Counted from the first letter of the stretch, positions 10,230 through 24,252 are shown. The stretch is 64,000 bases of DNA from Mustelus asterias (GCF_964213995.1 NC_135804.1:69316001-69380000), one strand, 5' to 3'. The notes: generated by a model from the sequence alone, not told the origin. Numbers and translations: made by a program.

Positions 10230-13200
10230 AGAGCATAGAACAGTATCGCAAAGCAACAGGCCCTTTGCCCATGGTGTTCTGCCAAATTAAACAAACCCCA
10301 TCTGCCCTCCCTTGGCCTATATTCCTCTATTCCTTGTATATTCAGGTGCTTACCTAATTGTCCGTTAAACAAACATCTCTATCGTATCTGTGTGCACCAC
10401 TGCCCCTGGCAGCGCATTCCTAACAGTTACCACTCTCTGTAAAACATTTGCCCCTTACATGTCCTTTGAACTTTCCCCCTTTCATCTTAAGTGCATACCA
10501 CTGAGTATTCCACATTTCAACTCTGGGAAAAAATATTCTGACTCTCAAGCCTTCTCATAATTTTAGGGGTTTCTAACAGGTCTCCCTTCAGCCTCCACTG
10601 CCGCAGAGAAAACAACACTAGTTTGTCCAGCCTCTCCTTATAGCTCATATCCTCTAATCCAGGCAGCATCCTCGTGAGCCTCTCCCACTCGCCAAAGCCT
10701 TTACCTCCTTTCTGTAATGTGGCAAGCAGAATTGAGCACCACACTCTCAGTGTGGCCTAACCAAAGTTTTATAAAGCTGCAACATGACATCCTGACTCTT
10801 GTACGTAATGCTTTGACCAGGAAATACAAGCATGCTATAAACCTTCTTTACCACCCTGTCTACTTGTGTGGGTATTTTCAGGGAGCTATGGACTTGAACC
10901 CCAAGATCTGTCTTCAGGTTCTTGCCATTAACTATATATTTACCCTTAACATTTCATCTTCCAAAGTGCAGCACCTCACACTTGCCTGCATTATACTCCA
11001 TCTGCCATTTCTCTGCCAAAATCTGCAACTGATCTGTATCTCACGGTATCTTTTGACAACCTTCTACACAATCCACAATTCCACCTGCATTTGTGTCATC
11101 TGCAAACTTACTAACGGATCTCCATCCAGAAAAGCACTCTTCCACCATTACTCTCTGACTTCTACGGGCAAACTAATTCTGAATCCAAGTGACCAAGTCA
11201 TTGTGGATCCCATGCATCCGTATCTTTTGGATCAGCCTACTCGAATGGACCTTGTCAAAACCTTTACTAAAATCGATGTAGGTAACATCCACTGCTCTGC
11301 CCTCCAGGATCAACTTCGTCACCCCATTGAATAAATCAATAAAGTTAGTAAGACATGATCTGCCCTGCACAAAGCCATGCAGACTTTCCCTAACTAGGCC
11401 ATGTTTTTCCAAATGCGTGCAAATCCCATCCCTATGACTCCTCTCCAATAGCTTTCCAACCACTGATGTGAGCCTGACCAGTCTATAATGTCTTGGATTA
11501 TTCATTTTTCCTTTCTTGAACAGAGGGACAAAACAAGCTGCTTGCCAGTCCTCTGGGACATCTCCAGTAGTTTTCGAGGATACAAAGATTTTTGTCAGGG
11601 CACCATAAATTTCCTCTTTTGCACTCTCAACAATGGATCCCATCGGTTTCTGGGGGCTTATCTATTTAATGGTCTTCCATAGATCCAACATGACTTCCAT
11701 CTTGAGCACCAAATGCCCTTGCATATTAGCATGCTCCACACTAATCACACTCATCTCTATGTCCTTCACATTGGTGAATACCAATGCAAAGTGCTCATTT
11801 AGAATCTCACTCACATCCTCTGTCTTCAAGCACAAGTTCTCTCCTTTATCCGTGAATGGTCCTACCCTCTCCCTAGCTATCCTCTTGTTTTAATATATGA
11901 ATAAAATGCCTTGGGTTTCTTTAACCCTACCTGTCAACTTCATTTCCAAATTATCTGTATCAGTTATATCCTGCTGTCTTTATATTCCTCATGGGCCCTG
12001 TCCGATTGTAGCTTCTTAAACCTTAAATCTGCAGATTTTCCCCCCTTTTGATAGGATTCACAACCTGCTACATAATCCAACGGTCTCTTACCTTACATCC
12101 TGGCCTCTGCTCCTTACTGGAACATACCGATCCTGAATTCTGATATGCAGGTATTTGAACAATTGCCACGTGTCAAAATTGGACTTAACCGATATCAGAT
12201 GTTCCTAATTAACTCTCCATAGCTCGTTCATAATTCTGTCGTAATTTGCCATCCCCCAATGTAGTAACTTCCCACAAAGTCCTCACTGATCCTTATTCAC
12301 AGCTATCTTAAAACTTCAGGGGTTGTGATCTGTTTCCAAAATGGTATCCCGCTGAAAGTTCAGTCACCTGGCCAATACATTATCCAGTATGGCCCCTCCT
12401 CCATTTGAACTATCCGCATACTGTTTCAAGAAACTCTCTTGTCTGCAGCTGAGAAATTCTTACCCATCTCAGCCTATTTCTCTAAGGAATTCCCAAACAA
12501 TATTGGGAAAGTTAAAGTCACCCACTATGTCAACATTGTTGTTATTGCATCTTTCTATAATCTGCCTATATATTTGTTCCTCAATGTCCTGGTGGCTGTT
12601 GGAGGGGGGAAGATAATATAGCCCCATCAGAGTGAATTCACCCTTCTTGTTTTTTAGCTCCACCATATTGCCTCAGTGAAGGAGCCCTCCATCATGTGCT
12701 CTCTCAGTGCAGATGTGGCATGCTCCTTAACTCGTAATGAAACTCCTCCACCTGTTTTGCCTGCCTCTCTATCGCGTCCAAAAACATCAAAGCTCTGGAT
12801 AGTTGAGCAGCAAGTGCTGTTCCTCTCTCAACCAAGTATCTGTAATGGACACAACATCATAATCCCACGTACTGATCTATCTCCAAGCACATCTGCCTTA
12901 CTCATATTATTTAGTGTCGTGAAATAAGCACATGTCAGCCGATCAGTCCCATTGTGTGGACTAAAATGTACCTGCCTGTTCTTCCTTTCAGACTTACTGG
13001 TCCTAACATTTATCTTCCCCTCAATCCCTCCACTTGCTGACCTGCTGCTCTCGTTCATAGCCCCCTGCCACTCCAGTTCCACGTAGCATTAGCGATCCTC
13101 CCTACAAGAATATTGGTTCCCCTACAGTTTAGATGCAACCCCACCCTCTTCTACCCCTGCCCAAGAAAAGATCACAATAATCCATGAACCTGACACACTG

Positions 13201-13930
13201 CCCCTGCACCATCTCCTTAGCCACGCATTCATCTGTCCTGGCTTACTATTCCTTGCCTCGTTGGCACCTGCCACTTACAGTAATCTAGAGATTACTACCC
13301 TGGAAGTCATGCTTTCAGCCTCTTCCCTAACTCCCAATACTCACTTTGCGGGACCTGCTCCCATTTTCAACCCATGTTGTTGCTCACCCACCCCCTCAAG
13401 GAATTCCGCTCAGATACATGCTTCACCCTGGCAACAAGGGGTGAATATGTCGTCCTGGGTTCTGGAACGTGGCAAGTGAAATGCCTATCTGTGCCCCTAC
13501 CTAACATGTCTACTACCACTATTGCTCGCTTGGACTTTGCCCCACCCTGCTCTACAGCAGAGCCAGTTGTGGTGCCACAGGCCTGGATGTTGTTGTTATG
13601 CTCCCCTGAGACGCTATCTCCCCTGAACAGTATACAAAATGTTTTACTTGTTGGAGAGGGGAATGGCTACAGAAGACTCCTGCACTATCTGCTTGTCTCT
13701 CTTGGCCGTCACCCTTCTACATGACTGAACTTGCTGCGTGATCATGTCCCTGTATCTATCTCACTCTCTGTCCCCTGTACGCTACTCAACTGTGTCCAAC
13801 TGCCGCTCCAAACCGCACCACGCTGTTTGTGAGAAGCTGCAGCCCGTCACACTTCCTGCAGGCTGTTCCCTGATCTCCCACATCTGGCAGGAGGATCAAA
13901 CAACTGCCCTAACTGCCATCTCTGCCTCGT
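10230..13930 (-). mobile_element. Decayed near-full-length CR1 LINE
   Basis: Tail at about 10230; RT (11173-11643: HYRLVRLTSVVGKLLE, DFSKGFDKV); endonuclease (12469-12666: IVGDFNFP); ORF1-like sequence at 13.2-13.9 kb. Confidence 0.8.
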
Positions 13931-14129
13931 TACACTAAGAAAGAGAAAATAATCTTACCTTGCGTCTACCTTGCTCGCCTTTCTCAACGTAGCCCGTTAT
14001 CACCTAAGCCCGTACTTATACAAACCAGCAATACTTCCACCACACAGCCCTCTCAAAATATTTTCTTGGTAATTACTAATTAACTCGTTACTTATATTAC
14101 AGTACAAACTTTAAAAACAGTCCAGCTAC

Positions 14130-14828
14130 CTGTTCATAGCTCCTTGAAAGTGGAGTTAGAGGTGGACAGAGTGGTGAAGAAGGCATTCGGATGCTTGGTT
14201 TCATCAGTCAGAACAGTGAATACAGGAGTTGGGACGTCTTGTTGAAGTTGTACAAGACATTGTTAAGGCCACACTTGGAACACTGTGTGCAATTCTGGTC
14301 ATCCCATTATAGAAATGATATTATTAAACTAGAAAGAGTGCAGAAAAGATTTACGAGGATGCTACTGGGACTTGATGGATTGAGTTATAAGGAGAGGCTG
14401 AATAGACTGGGACTTTTTTCTCTGGAGCGTAGGAGACTGAGGAGTGACCTTACAGACGTCTATAAAATAATGAGGGGCAGAGACAAGGTAGATAGTCAAT
14501 ATCTTTTCCTAAAGGTAGGGGAGTCTAAAACTAGAGGGCATAGGTTAAAGGTGACAGGGGAGAGATACCAAAGTGTCCAGAGGGGCAATTTGTTTCACAC
14601 AGAGGGTGGTGAGTGGCTGCAACAAGCTGCCAGAGGTAGTACTAGAGGTATGTGGAATTTTATCTTTTAAAAAGCATTTAGATAGTTACATGGGTACGAT
14701 GGGTATCGAGGGACATGGGCTAAATGCGGGCAATTGGGATTAGCTTAGGGGTTGAAAAAGAAAGGGTGGCATGGACACGTTGGGCTGGAGGATCTGTTTC
14801 CATGCTGTAAACCTCTATGACTCTATGA
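14130..14828 (+). mobile_element. 5'-truncated CR1 3' end
   Basis: ORF 14191-14670: LYKTLLRPHLEHCVQFWS..LERVQKRFTRML..LGLFSLERRRLR; tail ends in CTCTATGA repeats. Confidence 0.9.
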
Positions 14829-14899
14829 CCTTCTCGGCTCTAACGATTTTTCAGAACAGTTTGTCTCAATCTTTCTGCTCTTTTGGTTTCTGGAGGAGG

Positions 14900-16700
14900 G
14901 AAGAATGGCAACATTCCGTTAATGTATTGTTTGGGGCTTACTATTCGGGTTCGTCTGCAATCCATCTTTCAGTTGTTGTGACTGAGCCACTTTCTCCCAG
15001 AATGTTCCTCTGCTCCTTCTGTTGAGGTCCCAACAGGACCACATCCTTTCTTTCTACATATATCGGTCGTTTCAATAATTACCACGGTTTCTGTCTGTTT
15101 GCCCTCCCTCTTTGGAAAGCGCTGACACCGTTTAGGTACCTGCCTGACCCTCGCACCTGAAAGACAACATACCATCGTAGAGCCTCTTTTGCGACCGCAG
15201 AAACTCCTATTTGCTCTCTTACAATTCAGCATTATAGTTCTGCCATTCTTCCTCCTCATTTCTTGTGAAGCAGACCCACAATGAAGTTGGCTGCCACTGC
15301 TTTTCCCTGCACAATCATCTCACCCAACAGTATCCAAAACAGTATACCTTTTGGAAAGAGGGATGGCCACAAGAGATTCCTGCACTAACTGCCTTCCTCT
15401 ACTCTGCCTGGTGGTCATCCATGTGCTTTCTGCCTGTTGAGTCTTCACCATTTGTGACCGCCTTAGTGGACATGCGATCCGATGGCTAGTTAGGTTTCGG
15501 TGAATCCACTCGCACTAACACCCAATTGCGGCTGGCCAATGGTTTCAGTTGAACACATTTCCTGCACACGTGGTCGGCGGGGAGCACTGACCTCTTTTTA
15601 GGGCAAACCAAATAAACAACTCAGATTAAGTCAGGACAAAGTAAAAGGGGCAGATTCCCAAAAGGAGGGAGGGGGGGGGGGGGGGGGTAACAGCCCGAAC
15701 ATATATCAAAGTACAAAGGTAACTTAAAAACATCAAATCAAAATGTGATTGTCAGGGTCAATATCGCACCCCAACCCCTGCGGTGCCCAACGGGCGTGGA
15801 AGGCGTCAACCGTGCCCGTGGACACCGCATGCTGCCTCTCCAGGGACACCTGGCTGCGAACGTAGCTGCGGTAGAGGGGCAGACAGTCAGGATGGACGGC
15901 CCCCTCTATCGCCCGCTACCTGGACCGGTAAATGGCGCGTTTCGCCAGGCCCAGGAGCAGGTTCACGAGGAGTTCGCATCCCGACCCTCCCCTCTCCGCA
16001 CCGGGTGTCCGTAGATCAGGAGCGTGGGACTGAAGTGCAGACAGAACATCCATAAAAGGTTCTTCAGGAAAACATAAAGGGAGTGCAGCCTAAGACACAC
16101 AACATAGACATGGTCCACGGACTCCACAAGGCCACAGAAAGGGCAGTCTTCGGAGCCCGTGAACCAGTGAATCCGACGGTTGTGAGGAACTGCTGCATGC
16201 ATCACCCTCCACCCCAGGTCCCCGACGTAGCGGGGAGCTCTGACGCTTCCATGATTTGTCACATCGCACAGAATGAGAATATGGCGGATACGAGGTCTTT
16301 CTGACGACCTGTAAGCACTTTATTTGCGTTCTGAACAAAAAATAGGCTTTCGTATGAATGTTATTAACTTTCGTCTCTTACGCTAACTTTGCTTCCCTTA
16401 CGCTACATTCCCCGTTTATATTACTTAACTATGATGACTCTGACATTCACTTACTTGGATTTTTTTTCCTCAATTAATCCCGTCTTCCAGAATAAAAGCA
16501 CACTACATCAGTTCATGTAACGCCGACAATTAACAAACTGCCACATGATTTATTTTTATTTTTTTAATTTTCGACGAGTATTAAGTTTCCAACCAAAATA
16601 TTTTCCCTCTTTGCCGTCAGTTTGGAAGCAACTGAGAATAGGTAATTCCAATTAGTTACTCAGCAACTAATGGACTTCCGGTTTCCTTGTGATGACACTA
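14900..16700 (-). mobile_element. Old CR1 ORF1/5' UTR relic, host of a Tx1 insertion
   Basis: RSFCGRKRGSTMVCCLSGARV (ORF 14969-15259); AACCGGAAGT 5' UTR motif at about 16675. Confidence 0.6.
15592..16229 (-). mobile_element. Tx1-like (L1 superfamily) LINE 3' fragment
   Basis: GDLGWRVMHAAV..CPFCGLVESVDHVYVVC is the C-terminal zinc-binding region of Tx1 ORF2; 15-bp TSD GCGGGGAGC(A/T)CTGAC at 15577-15591 and 16230-16244. Confidence 0.85.
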
Positions 16701-17329
16701 TTTTTCCACGATTGTTTATGATAAACTCTTTCCCCGCCACTCCAGTCCTGTGTTTTTAACTTGACAACTCCTCCTTGCTCTCTGCAATCTTTGTTAAAAT
16801 CTAACCTCTCTGCCCGCGATCCTTGTTTCCAAACTGGAACAAAATTTCTAACACAAGACAACAGGAGGTCAGGAGTCTATTGTTTTTAATATTTTCCATA
16901 TCTTCCTCGAATTAGTTCTCCCATAATGACCGTAAAAGTTCTACAAATTGGCTTTCTGCAGCATTTCTGATTTATCTCATGAATGATGAAGAGGTGGTCA
17001 GTCAACTGTTGGCAATCAGGAAATTTTCAGTTCCATGTAATCCATCCGACATCGAAATAAGGAAGGGCGAGTGCCACCAGCTGAAAATTTGGACCGTGAG
17101 CGTAAGAATTTACCGAATGTAACAAACGGTTATGATCATAATTTTTTAAAAATCTGTCCAATGCAAATTCCTTTTGGACACACTATTGTTTTATGGTGCT
17201 GTTTCGATGGCAGTGGCTAAAGGTGCGATCTGGCCTCATGAATGCACTGAGCTATAGATCACGGAAGTAAGATTAATTCATTGCGTTTGAGAAGTAAAAG
17301 GACTGGCAGGAAGACAAGATATTTTACAA

Positions 17330-19920
17330 GCAGGAAGCATACATAGGGAATACAATTATGTTGCAGCTGAATAAGACTTTGGCCAAGCCGCATTTGGAGT
17401 ATTATGTACAATTCTGCTCACCACACTACTGGAAGGATGTTGATGCACTGAAAGGGTGCAGACGAGATTGATCAGGACGACTTGGAGTATATGGACTATG
17501 CAGAAAGGTTGAACAAGCTTGTATTGTTTTCATTAGAGTGTCGTAGGATAAGGGGGGTGCTGGTGGAGGGGGGGGGGGCGATGTCGCTGATAGGGGTTTA
17601 CAGGGTTATGACAGGCTTGGATGGAATAGTCAAAATCTTTGTCCCAGGGTCGAAGGGTCAATTGCTCGAGGGCATAGGTTGAAATTGAGAGGGGGGAAGT
17701 TTAAAAGAGATGCAAGGGGCATGTTTTTCACAGTTTATCAATTAACCAGGATTCAGAAAATCGCTGAGAAGGAATTTGATATGCTACAGTTAGATCAAGT
17801 GGGATCTGATGGAGATAGTTTGACCCACACCAATCACATTAACATTAATATCTGCAACTAAACCATATGCATCTTCAGAGAAGAAGAGGGGATAAAAGAA
17901 GAGGAGGGATTGTGTTATTATTTACGGAGTCAGTTAGTTAAGAAATAATAGACGATATCTTGGAGGGAGCATCTAATGAAGCTTTGTGATAGAGCTTCAA
18001 AAATAGCAGCCACTTTGCTGGGTGTTTATTACAGACCGCTAGGTAGACAGCAGGAAATTGAGGATGAATATGTGCACAATTGGTGAAGGTGTGTAAAAAT
18101 AATAACAATCGGATAATTAGAATAGGTGATTTCAACATTCCCGATATTATCTGGGATATACATAAGGTTAAGGTTCTGACCGAAGTGGATTTGTTTATAC
18201 GTATGCAGGAGAACGTGGTGGGAGATATAGGAAGGATATCAGAGGTAGGTTCTTTACGCAGAGAGTGGTTGGGGTGTGCAATGGACTGCCTGCAGTGATA
18301 GTGGAGTCAGACACTTTAGGAACATTTAAGCGGTTATTGGATAGGCACATGGAGCACACCAGGATGATAGGGAGTGGGATAGCTTGATCTTGGTTTCAGA
18401 TAAAGCTCGGCACAACATCGTGGGCCGAAGGGCCTGTTCTGTGCTGTACTGTTCTATGTTCTATAATCCAACGTGTCGTGTCCAACAGGGGAAGGAGCTG
18501 CACTGTGCCTAACTCTGGGAAATGAAAATGACAGGCGGTCGAGGTAGTGGTTGGGGAGCACTTTTAACGATAACAATCACAACATGGTACAATTAGAGCT
18601 TATTTTGAGCAAGGATATAGACAAGTTGCAAAAAAAAACGTTTGGATGGGGGAGAGCGTAGTTTAATAAAATAAAGAAGGATCTGCCAAGGCAGACTGGG
18701 AACAGCGACTGGTGGGGAAAGAGCACTCGAATAGGAAATCGAAATGGTATTATCTCTATGCTGAGAAGACGGAGGAACAAGGCCAGAGAAACATGGACGA
18801 CCAGAGATATCAAAGGTAAGATGACAAAGCAAAGAGAGGTTTTTTTTATCAGATACAAGGGGAGCCAATCAGCGGAGACATTGGTGAAGTACAGGAAGTG
18901 CAGGCTGGAGCTTAAGAAAGCAGCTATAAATACAAAGAAGGGACACGAGAAAGCACTGGCTGGTAAAAGTAGGGACAATCCCAAAATATTCACTAATTTA
19001 TGAGGAGGGCCAAACTAGTGAAAGAGTAGGCCTATTCGAGACCAAGGAAGAGGGCATTGGTAGGTTGTTGAACAAATACTTCACTTCTGTCATCACCCGA
19101 GAATGAGGATGAAGATAGGGAATTCAAAGAGAAAGGCTGCGAGGTACTTGAGTAAATTGAGATAGGGAAGGACATGGTATTGGAGGTGTTGGCAGGCTTA
19201 CAATTTGACAAATCTCCATGTCCAGATGACATGGCCTAACATCAAGAAATTCAGTGAAACAAAGTGACGTTGGCATATTTGTTAACAGACCTCTAAATAC
19301 GGAAGGGCATGTCAGTAGGTTGCTGTAAATATCATATAACAATCCAGGCACAGATTGCAGTTGCATAGAACTTTGTTGAGGCCACAGCTAGAGTACTCTG
19401 TGCAGTTCTGGTAGACACGATTTCGGAGGGATGTAATTACACTGCAGAGCGTGCAGAGGAGGATTAACAGACTGTTGCCTGGGGTGGAGCGTTTCAGTTA
19501 CGAAGAGAGGTTCGATAGGCATTGGTAATTTTCTTTGAAGCAGAGATGACTGAGTAGCGACCTGATCGCCGTGTACAGGATTATGAAGGGCATGGCAGAA
19601 TAGATAAGGAGTAGCTATTCCCATTAATTGAAGAGTCAGTCACGAACGAATGCAAGTTCAAGTTGAGGGGCAGGGAGTTTAAGGGGGATGTGAGAAAAAC
19701 ACCTTTTAACCCAGAGGGTGCTGACAGTTTGGAATGCACTGCTTGAGTGGATGGTAGATGCAAGTTGCTTCATATCCTTCAAAACGTGTCTGCATCAGCA
19801 TTTGTTACGGCGTAACATTCAAGGCTATGGACCACGTACTGGTAAATTGGATTAGCTGTGATCTAAGGTATTTCACACACGTTGGCGGAGACTCGATGGG
19901 CCGTACATTCCCTACAGTGC
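17330..19920 (+). mobile_element. Patchwork of old CR1 ORF2 relics with a younger CR1 tail at about 18215-18465
   Basis: RIGDFNIPDI, KKGHEKALAGK and ERLNKLVLFSLE fragments; the inner piece ends in TTCTATG repeats. Confidence 0.7.
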
Positions 19921-20526
19921 ACAAGGAGGCCATTTGCCCATGGAACCTACATCAACTCGTCGAAGTCTAATGCCCTTGAATATGTTGGAAATATTGGAGA
20001 AAACTCTGCTCATATTTTATGAGCTGATGCCAGGTCATTGGGCACTGTCATAAATTCGCAATGGAAAAGGTTACGTGGAGGTTTTCATGGAGACAGCCAC
20101 TTTCGTTAAGCGAGGCATTCCCTACGTGTCCTTTATTTCTTTCAGGGAGGAGCGAGTATTTGCAAGGCTGATAATGCAATGTAGAAGGTGGAGCGACCAC
20201 AGTCTGCGCACGTGTCCAACAGCTTTGAGGTTTTGCAGCCTGTGCACACTCGAAAACTTACAATTGGCAGCATGAACAATCTGACCACAGTAGTGTGGAA
20301 CGGGTCGCCAGTCAAGTTGTGGGAGGGAAAAGAAATGCTTTGGTAACACGTAAACGGCGCATTACAGATTGGTATGCTGTTCGCTGCAGCCGATAATAAA
20401 ACTCCCAAAAGCGATCTCGCCTGCCTGGTACCAAGATGGAGGCCATTTCCTCGTGTCTAAAAATACAATTAGAATGGAATGGAAGGGATCCAGTTACCGT
20501 GGTGCACCTGTGCTTCAAATACATTG

Positions 20527-20697
20527 TAAGAAGTCTCACAACACCGGGTTAAAGTCCAACAGGTTTATTTGGTAGCAAATACCATAAGCTTTCGGAGCAC
20601 TGCTCCTTCGTCAGATGGAGTAGAAATGTGCTCTCAAACAGTGCAAACAGACAAAATCAAGTTGCAGAATACTGATTAGAATGCGAATCCATCTCCA
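20527..20697 (-). mobile_element. Penelope-like element terminal (pLTR) fragment inserted in an old CR1 ORF1 relic
   Basis: Flanked by the 14-bp direct repeat CTTCAAATACATTG (20513-20526, 20698-20711); contains a minimal hammerhead motif followed by AATAAA on the minus strand. Confidence 0.65.
20582..20618 (-). ncRNA. Minimal type I hammerhead ribozyme
   Basis: Minus strand reads CCAU-CUGACGA-A-GGAGC-AGU-GCUCC-GAAA-GCUU-AUGG: core boxes intact, stem II GGAGC/GCUCC, stem I CCAU/AUGG, palindromic stem III AGCU. Confidence 0.75.
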
Positions 20698-21396
20698 CTT
20701 CAAATACATTGACAGGAAACAATAAGAGGATCTTCTTGATTATGCATTTACTACTTCAAGGGATGCAGGTGTCACTGGCGAGACCAGTGTGTTTCATCTA
20801 TTCGGGATTGTCATTGAGAAGGTTGTTCTGAGTCATTTCCAAGAACCACGAAAGCCCCTGTGGATGGTACATCCGCAGTGTGGTTAGTGAAGGAATTCCC
20901 ACAATATAGACCGAGTGAACGTAAAGAAACAGAGAAATAGTTCCTAGTAAGGATGGTGTGTCACTTTGAGGGCAACTTACAAAACGTGGTATTTCAGTGC
21001 AGTGTTTCTGTGTCCTTCTACCACATAGAAGTGTCAAGTTTGGAGAACGCTGTCGACGACGCCTTGTAGATTGTCTTGCATGCATCCGGTAGATATTGCA
21101 CTGCTCCCACGATGCGTTGGTGGCGGAGAGACTGAATGTTGAAGTTGGTATATGCGGTACCAAACAAATCAGCGATTTTGCCCTGGAAAGTGTCTGACTG
21201 TTCGATTATCTACCACCACTCATAGCTCGATTTGGCCGGCCGGACTGCAAATCTTTGATATGATTCATTGGCTGTGGAAACACTTATTCCTCTTCCTCCC
21301 AATGTTTGTAGTTTTACCAGGTCGGTACAGCATTTTTGCTACGTCCTGTGGCGTTCACGGCATGCTTCCTGCACTTTTCTATTGAACTAGTGATCA

Positions 21397-22940
21397 AGAA
21401 CAAAGAGCAACGAAAATTACAGCACAGGAACAGGCCCTTAGGCCCTCCAAGCCTGCACCGACCATGCTGCCTGACTTAACCAAAACCCCCTACGCTTCCG
21501 GGGACCATATCCCTCTATTCCCATCTCATTCAGGTACTTGTCAAGACGCCCCTTAAAAGTCACTACCGTAACCGCTTCCATTACCTCCCCCGGCAACGAG
21601 TTCCAGGCACCCACCACTCTCTGTGTAACAGATCTGCCTCGTACGTCTCTTTTAAAACTTACCCCTCTCACCTTAAACCTATGCCCCCTAGTAATTGACT
21701 CTTCCACCCTGGGAAATAGTTTCTGACTATCCACTCTGTCCACGCATCTCATAATCTTGTAGATTCCTATCAGGTCTCCCCTCAACCTCCGTCGTTCCAG
21801 TGAGAAAAAAACAAGTTTCTCCAACCTCTCCTCATAGCTAATGCCCTCCATACCAGGCAACATCCTAGTAAATCTTTTCTGTACCCTCTGCAAAGCCTCC
21901 ACATCCTTCTGGTAGTGTGGCGACCAGAATTGAACACTATATCCCAAGTGCGCCTCACTAAGGTTCTATAAAGCGTCAACATGACTTGCCAATTTTTAAA
22001 CTCAATACCCCAGCTGATGAAGGCAAGCATGCCGTATGCCTTCTTGACTACCTTCTCCACCTGCATTGCCACTTTCAGTGACCTGTGTACCTGGACACCC
22101 ATATCCCTTTGCCTATCAATACTCTTAAGGGTTCTGCCATTTACTGTATATTTCCTATCTGTATTCGACCTTCCAAAATGCATTACCTCACATTTGTCCA
22201 GATTAAACTCCATCTGCCATCTCTCCGCCCAAGTCTCCAACTGATCTATATCCTGCTGTATTCTCTGATGGTCCTCATCGCTATCCGCAAATCCACCAAA
22301 CTTTGTGTCATCCGCAAACTTACTAATCAATCCAATTACATTTTCCTCCAAATCATTTATATATGTTACAAACAGCAAAGGTCCCTGAGGAACACCACTT
22401 GTCACAGCCCTCCATTCAGAAACGCACCATTCCACTGCTACCCTCTGTCTTCTTTGACCGAGCCAGTTTTGTATCCACCTTGCCAGCTCATCTCTGATCC
22501 CATGCGACTTCACCTTCTGCAACAGTCTGCCATGAGGGACCTTGTCAAAGGCCTTACTGAAGTCCATGTAGACAACATCCACTGCCCTAACCTCATAAAT
22601 CATCTTCGTCACTTCCTCAAAATACGCGATCACGTTCGTGAGACACGACCTCCCCTTCACAAAACCATGTTGCCTCTCACAAATACGTCCACTTATTTCC
22701 AAGTGGGAATAAATCCTGTCTCGAAGAATCCTCTCCAATAATTTCCCTACCACTGATATGAGGCTCACTGGCCTGTAATTACCTGGATTATTCTTGATAC
22801 CCTTCTTAAACAAAGGAACAACATTGGCTATTCTCCAATTCTCTGGGACCTCCCCTGTAGCCAGTGAGGATACAAAGATTTCTCTCAAGGCCCCAGCAAT
22901 TTCCTCTCTTGCCTCTCTCAGTATTCTAGGGTATATCCCA
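21397..22940 (-). mobile_element. Younger 5'-truncated CR1 (RT and 3' tail)
   Basis: ORFs 21782-23161 and 21438-21947: NYRPVSLISVVGKLLE, DFSKAFDKVPH, KFADD and QFWSPHYQKD. Confidence 0.93.
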
Positions 22941-22986
22941 GAATACTGGGATATCACGTGCTGATCACCTCTCCGATTTAAGGTAA

Positions 22987-23327
22987 TCATTGAAATCATG
23001 GAAACCCTACAGTACAGAAAGAGGCCATTCGGCCCATTGAATCTGCACCGACCACAATCCCACCCAGGCCCTACCCCCATATCCCTACATATGTTACCCA
23101 CTAATCCCTCTAACCTACACATCTCACTAAGGACACTAAGGGGCAATTTTAGCATGGCCAATCAAACTAACACGCACATCTTTGGACTGTGGGAGGAAAC
23201 CGGAACATCCGGAGGAAACCAATACAGACACGAGGAGAATGTGCAAACTCCACACAGACAGTGACCCAAGCCGGGAATCGAACCCAGGTCCCTGGAGCTG
23301 TGAAGCAGCAGTGCTAACTACTGTGCT
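22987..23327 (-). mobile_element. HE1-type V-SINE
   Basis: Reverse complement of the SINE seen at 35969 and 51069. Confidence 0.9.
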
Positions 23328-24252
23328 ACTGTAAAAGTAGATATTGGGATTTCCAGGGCCATGAATGGACAGAATTGTAAATATTATGAGGGAGTTGCCT
23401 TGAACACCCTCAGCATTCAATCTTGACCCATGTAGGTGATAAAAGAAACTGGAACACGTTGTGCACTGTGGTTGAATGCAATTTAGCTGCCCGTTTTGGC
23501 CCACGGGGCCTCGTGTTTGGCCTATTTTCAGTTGTTCTATTTGCCCGAAATCTATCCTACTTATCTTAGTGATAGAGCCACACACCACGTGGAATCATAT
23601 GCCCAATGTGAACCAGAGGCATCATCCACACAATTTTAGGTGCAGAGGTCACTATTACTAACGCACTGATGTACCAATCCATCTCTGGCAGGTAGATTTC
23701 CGCAGCCAAGCCAGGTTTTCCATCTTATCCCCCACAAAATTGCACCAGCTGTCACATATTTTGACTCGTCGAGGTCTGTCATTGCTGGTATTATCAATCA
23801 GAATTTGCTGAAGAACATTGAAGCCCCCACGCTGTGCAAGTTCTGTGAGCATCCCATCTTTGCAGTCTGTTGCATTTTTCTATCACTGGGTTTGGGAAGG
23901 TGTGGGGTTAGCGGGTGCGGGTACTGATTCGCCAGTTTAGGTGTTGCAAAATTCAGTAAACAGTGGGATAGACGAACGGATTTAATGAGGTATTATGCGA
24001 TGTGAACCACCAGGGAATCAACCGATCGACAATATGACACAGTTTTCCCACCAATCCTGGATCTGGCGGTGGGATATGGAATAGCCAGGAGTGCTGATAT
24101 TTGGGACGTCTCCTGTAAGGTGTGATTTGGTGAGTTTGGATATGTAATGATGTCAATTTGTCAAGCTGTTAATAATGATAACCTGACAGTGTTCTTAATA
24201 TATATAGCCAGTCGCATTACCTGCGGTACCTGTGCTGGTCATTTGATTTCAG

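Noticed and set aside
16260-16900. Strong donor GTAAGT and short ORFs suggesting exons
   Set aside because: The region lies upstream of a CR1 ORF1 relic and contains the AACCGGAAGT motif, so it is better explained as a decayed CR1 5' UTR.
21782-23161. 459-aa ORF as a novel SINE-RT fusion protein
   Set aside because: Chance read-through from an adjacent SINE into a truncated CR1 RT; the same applies to the SINE-derived ends of ORFs 48829-51246 and 51318-52307.
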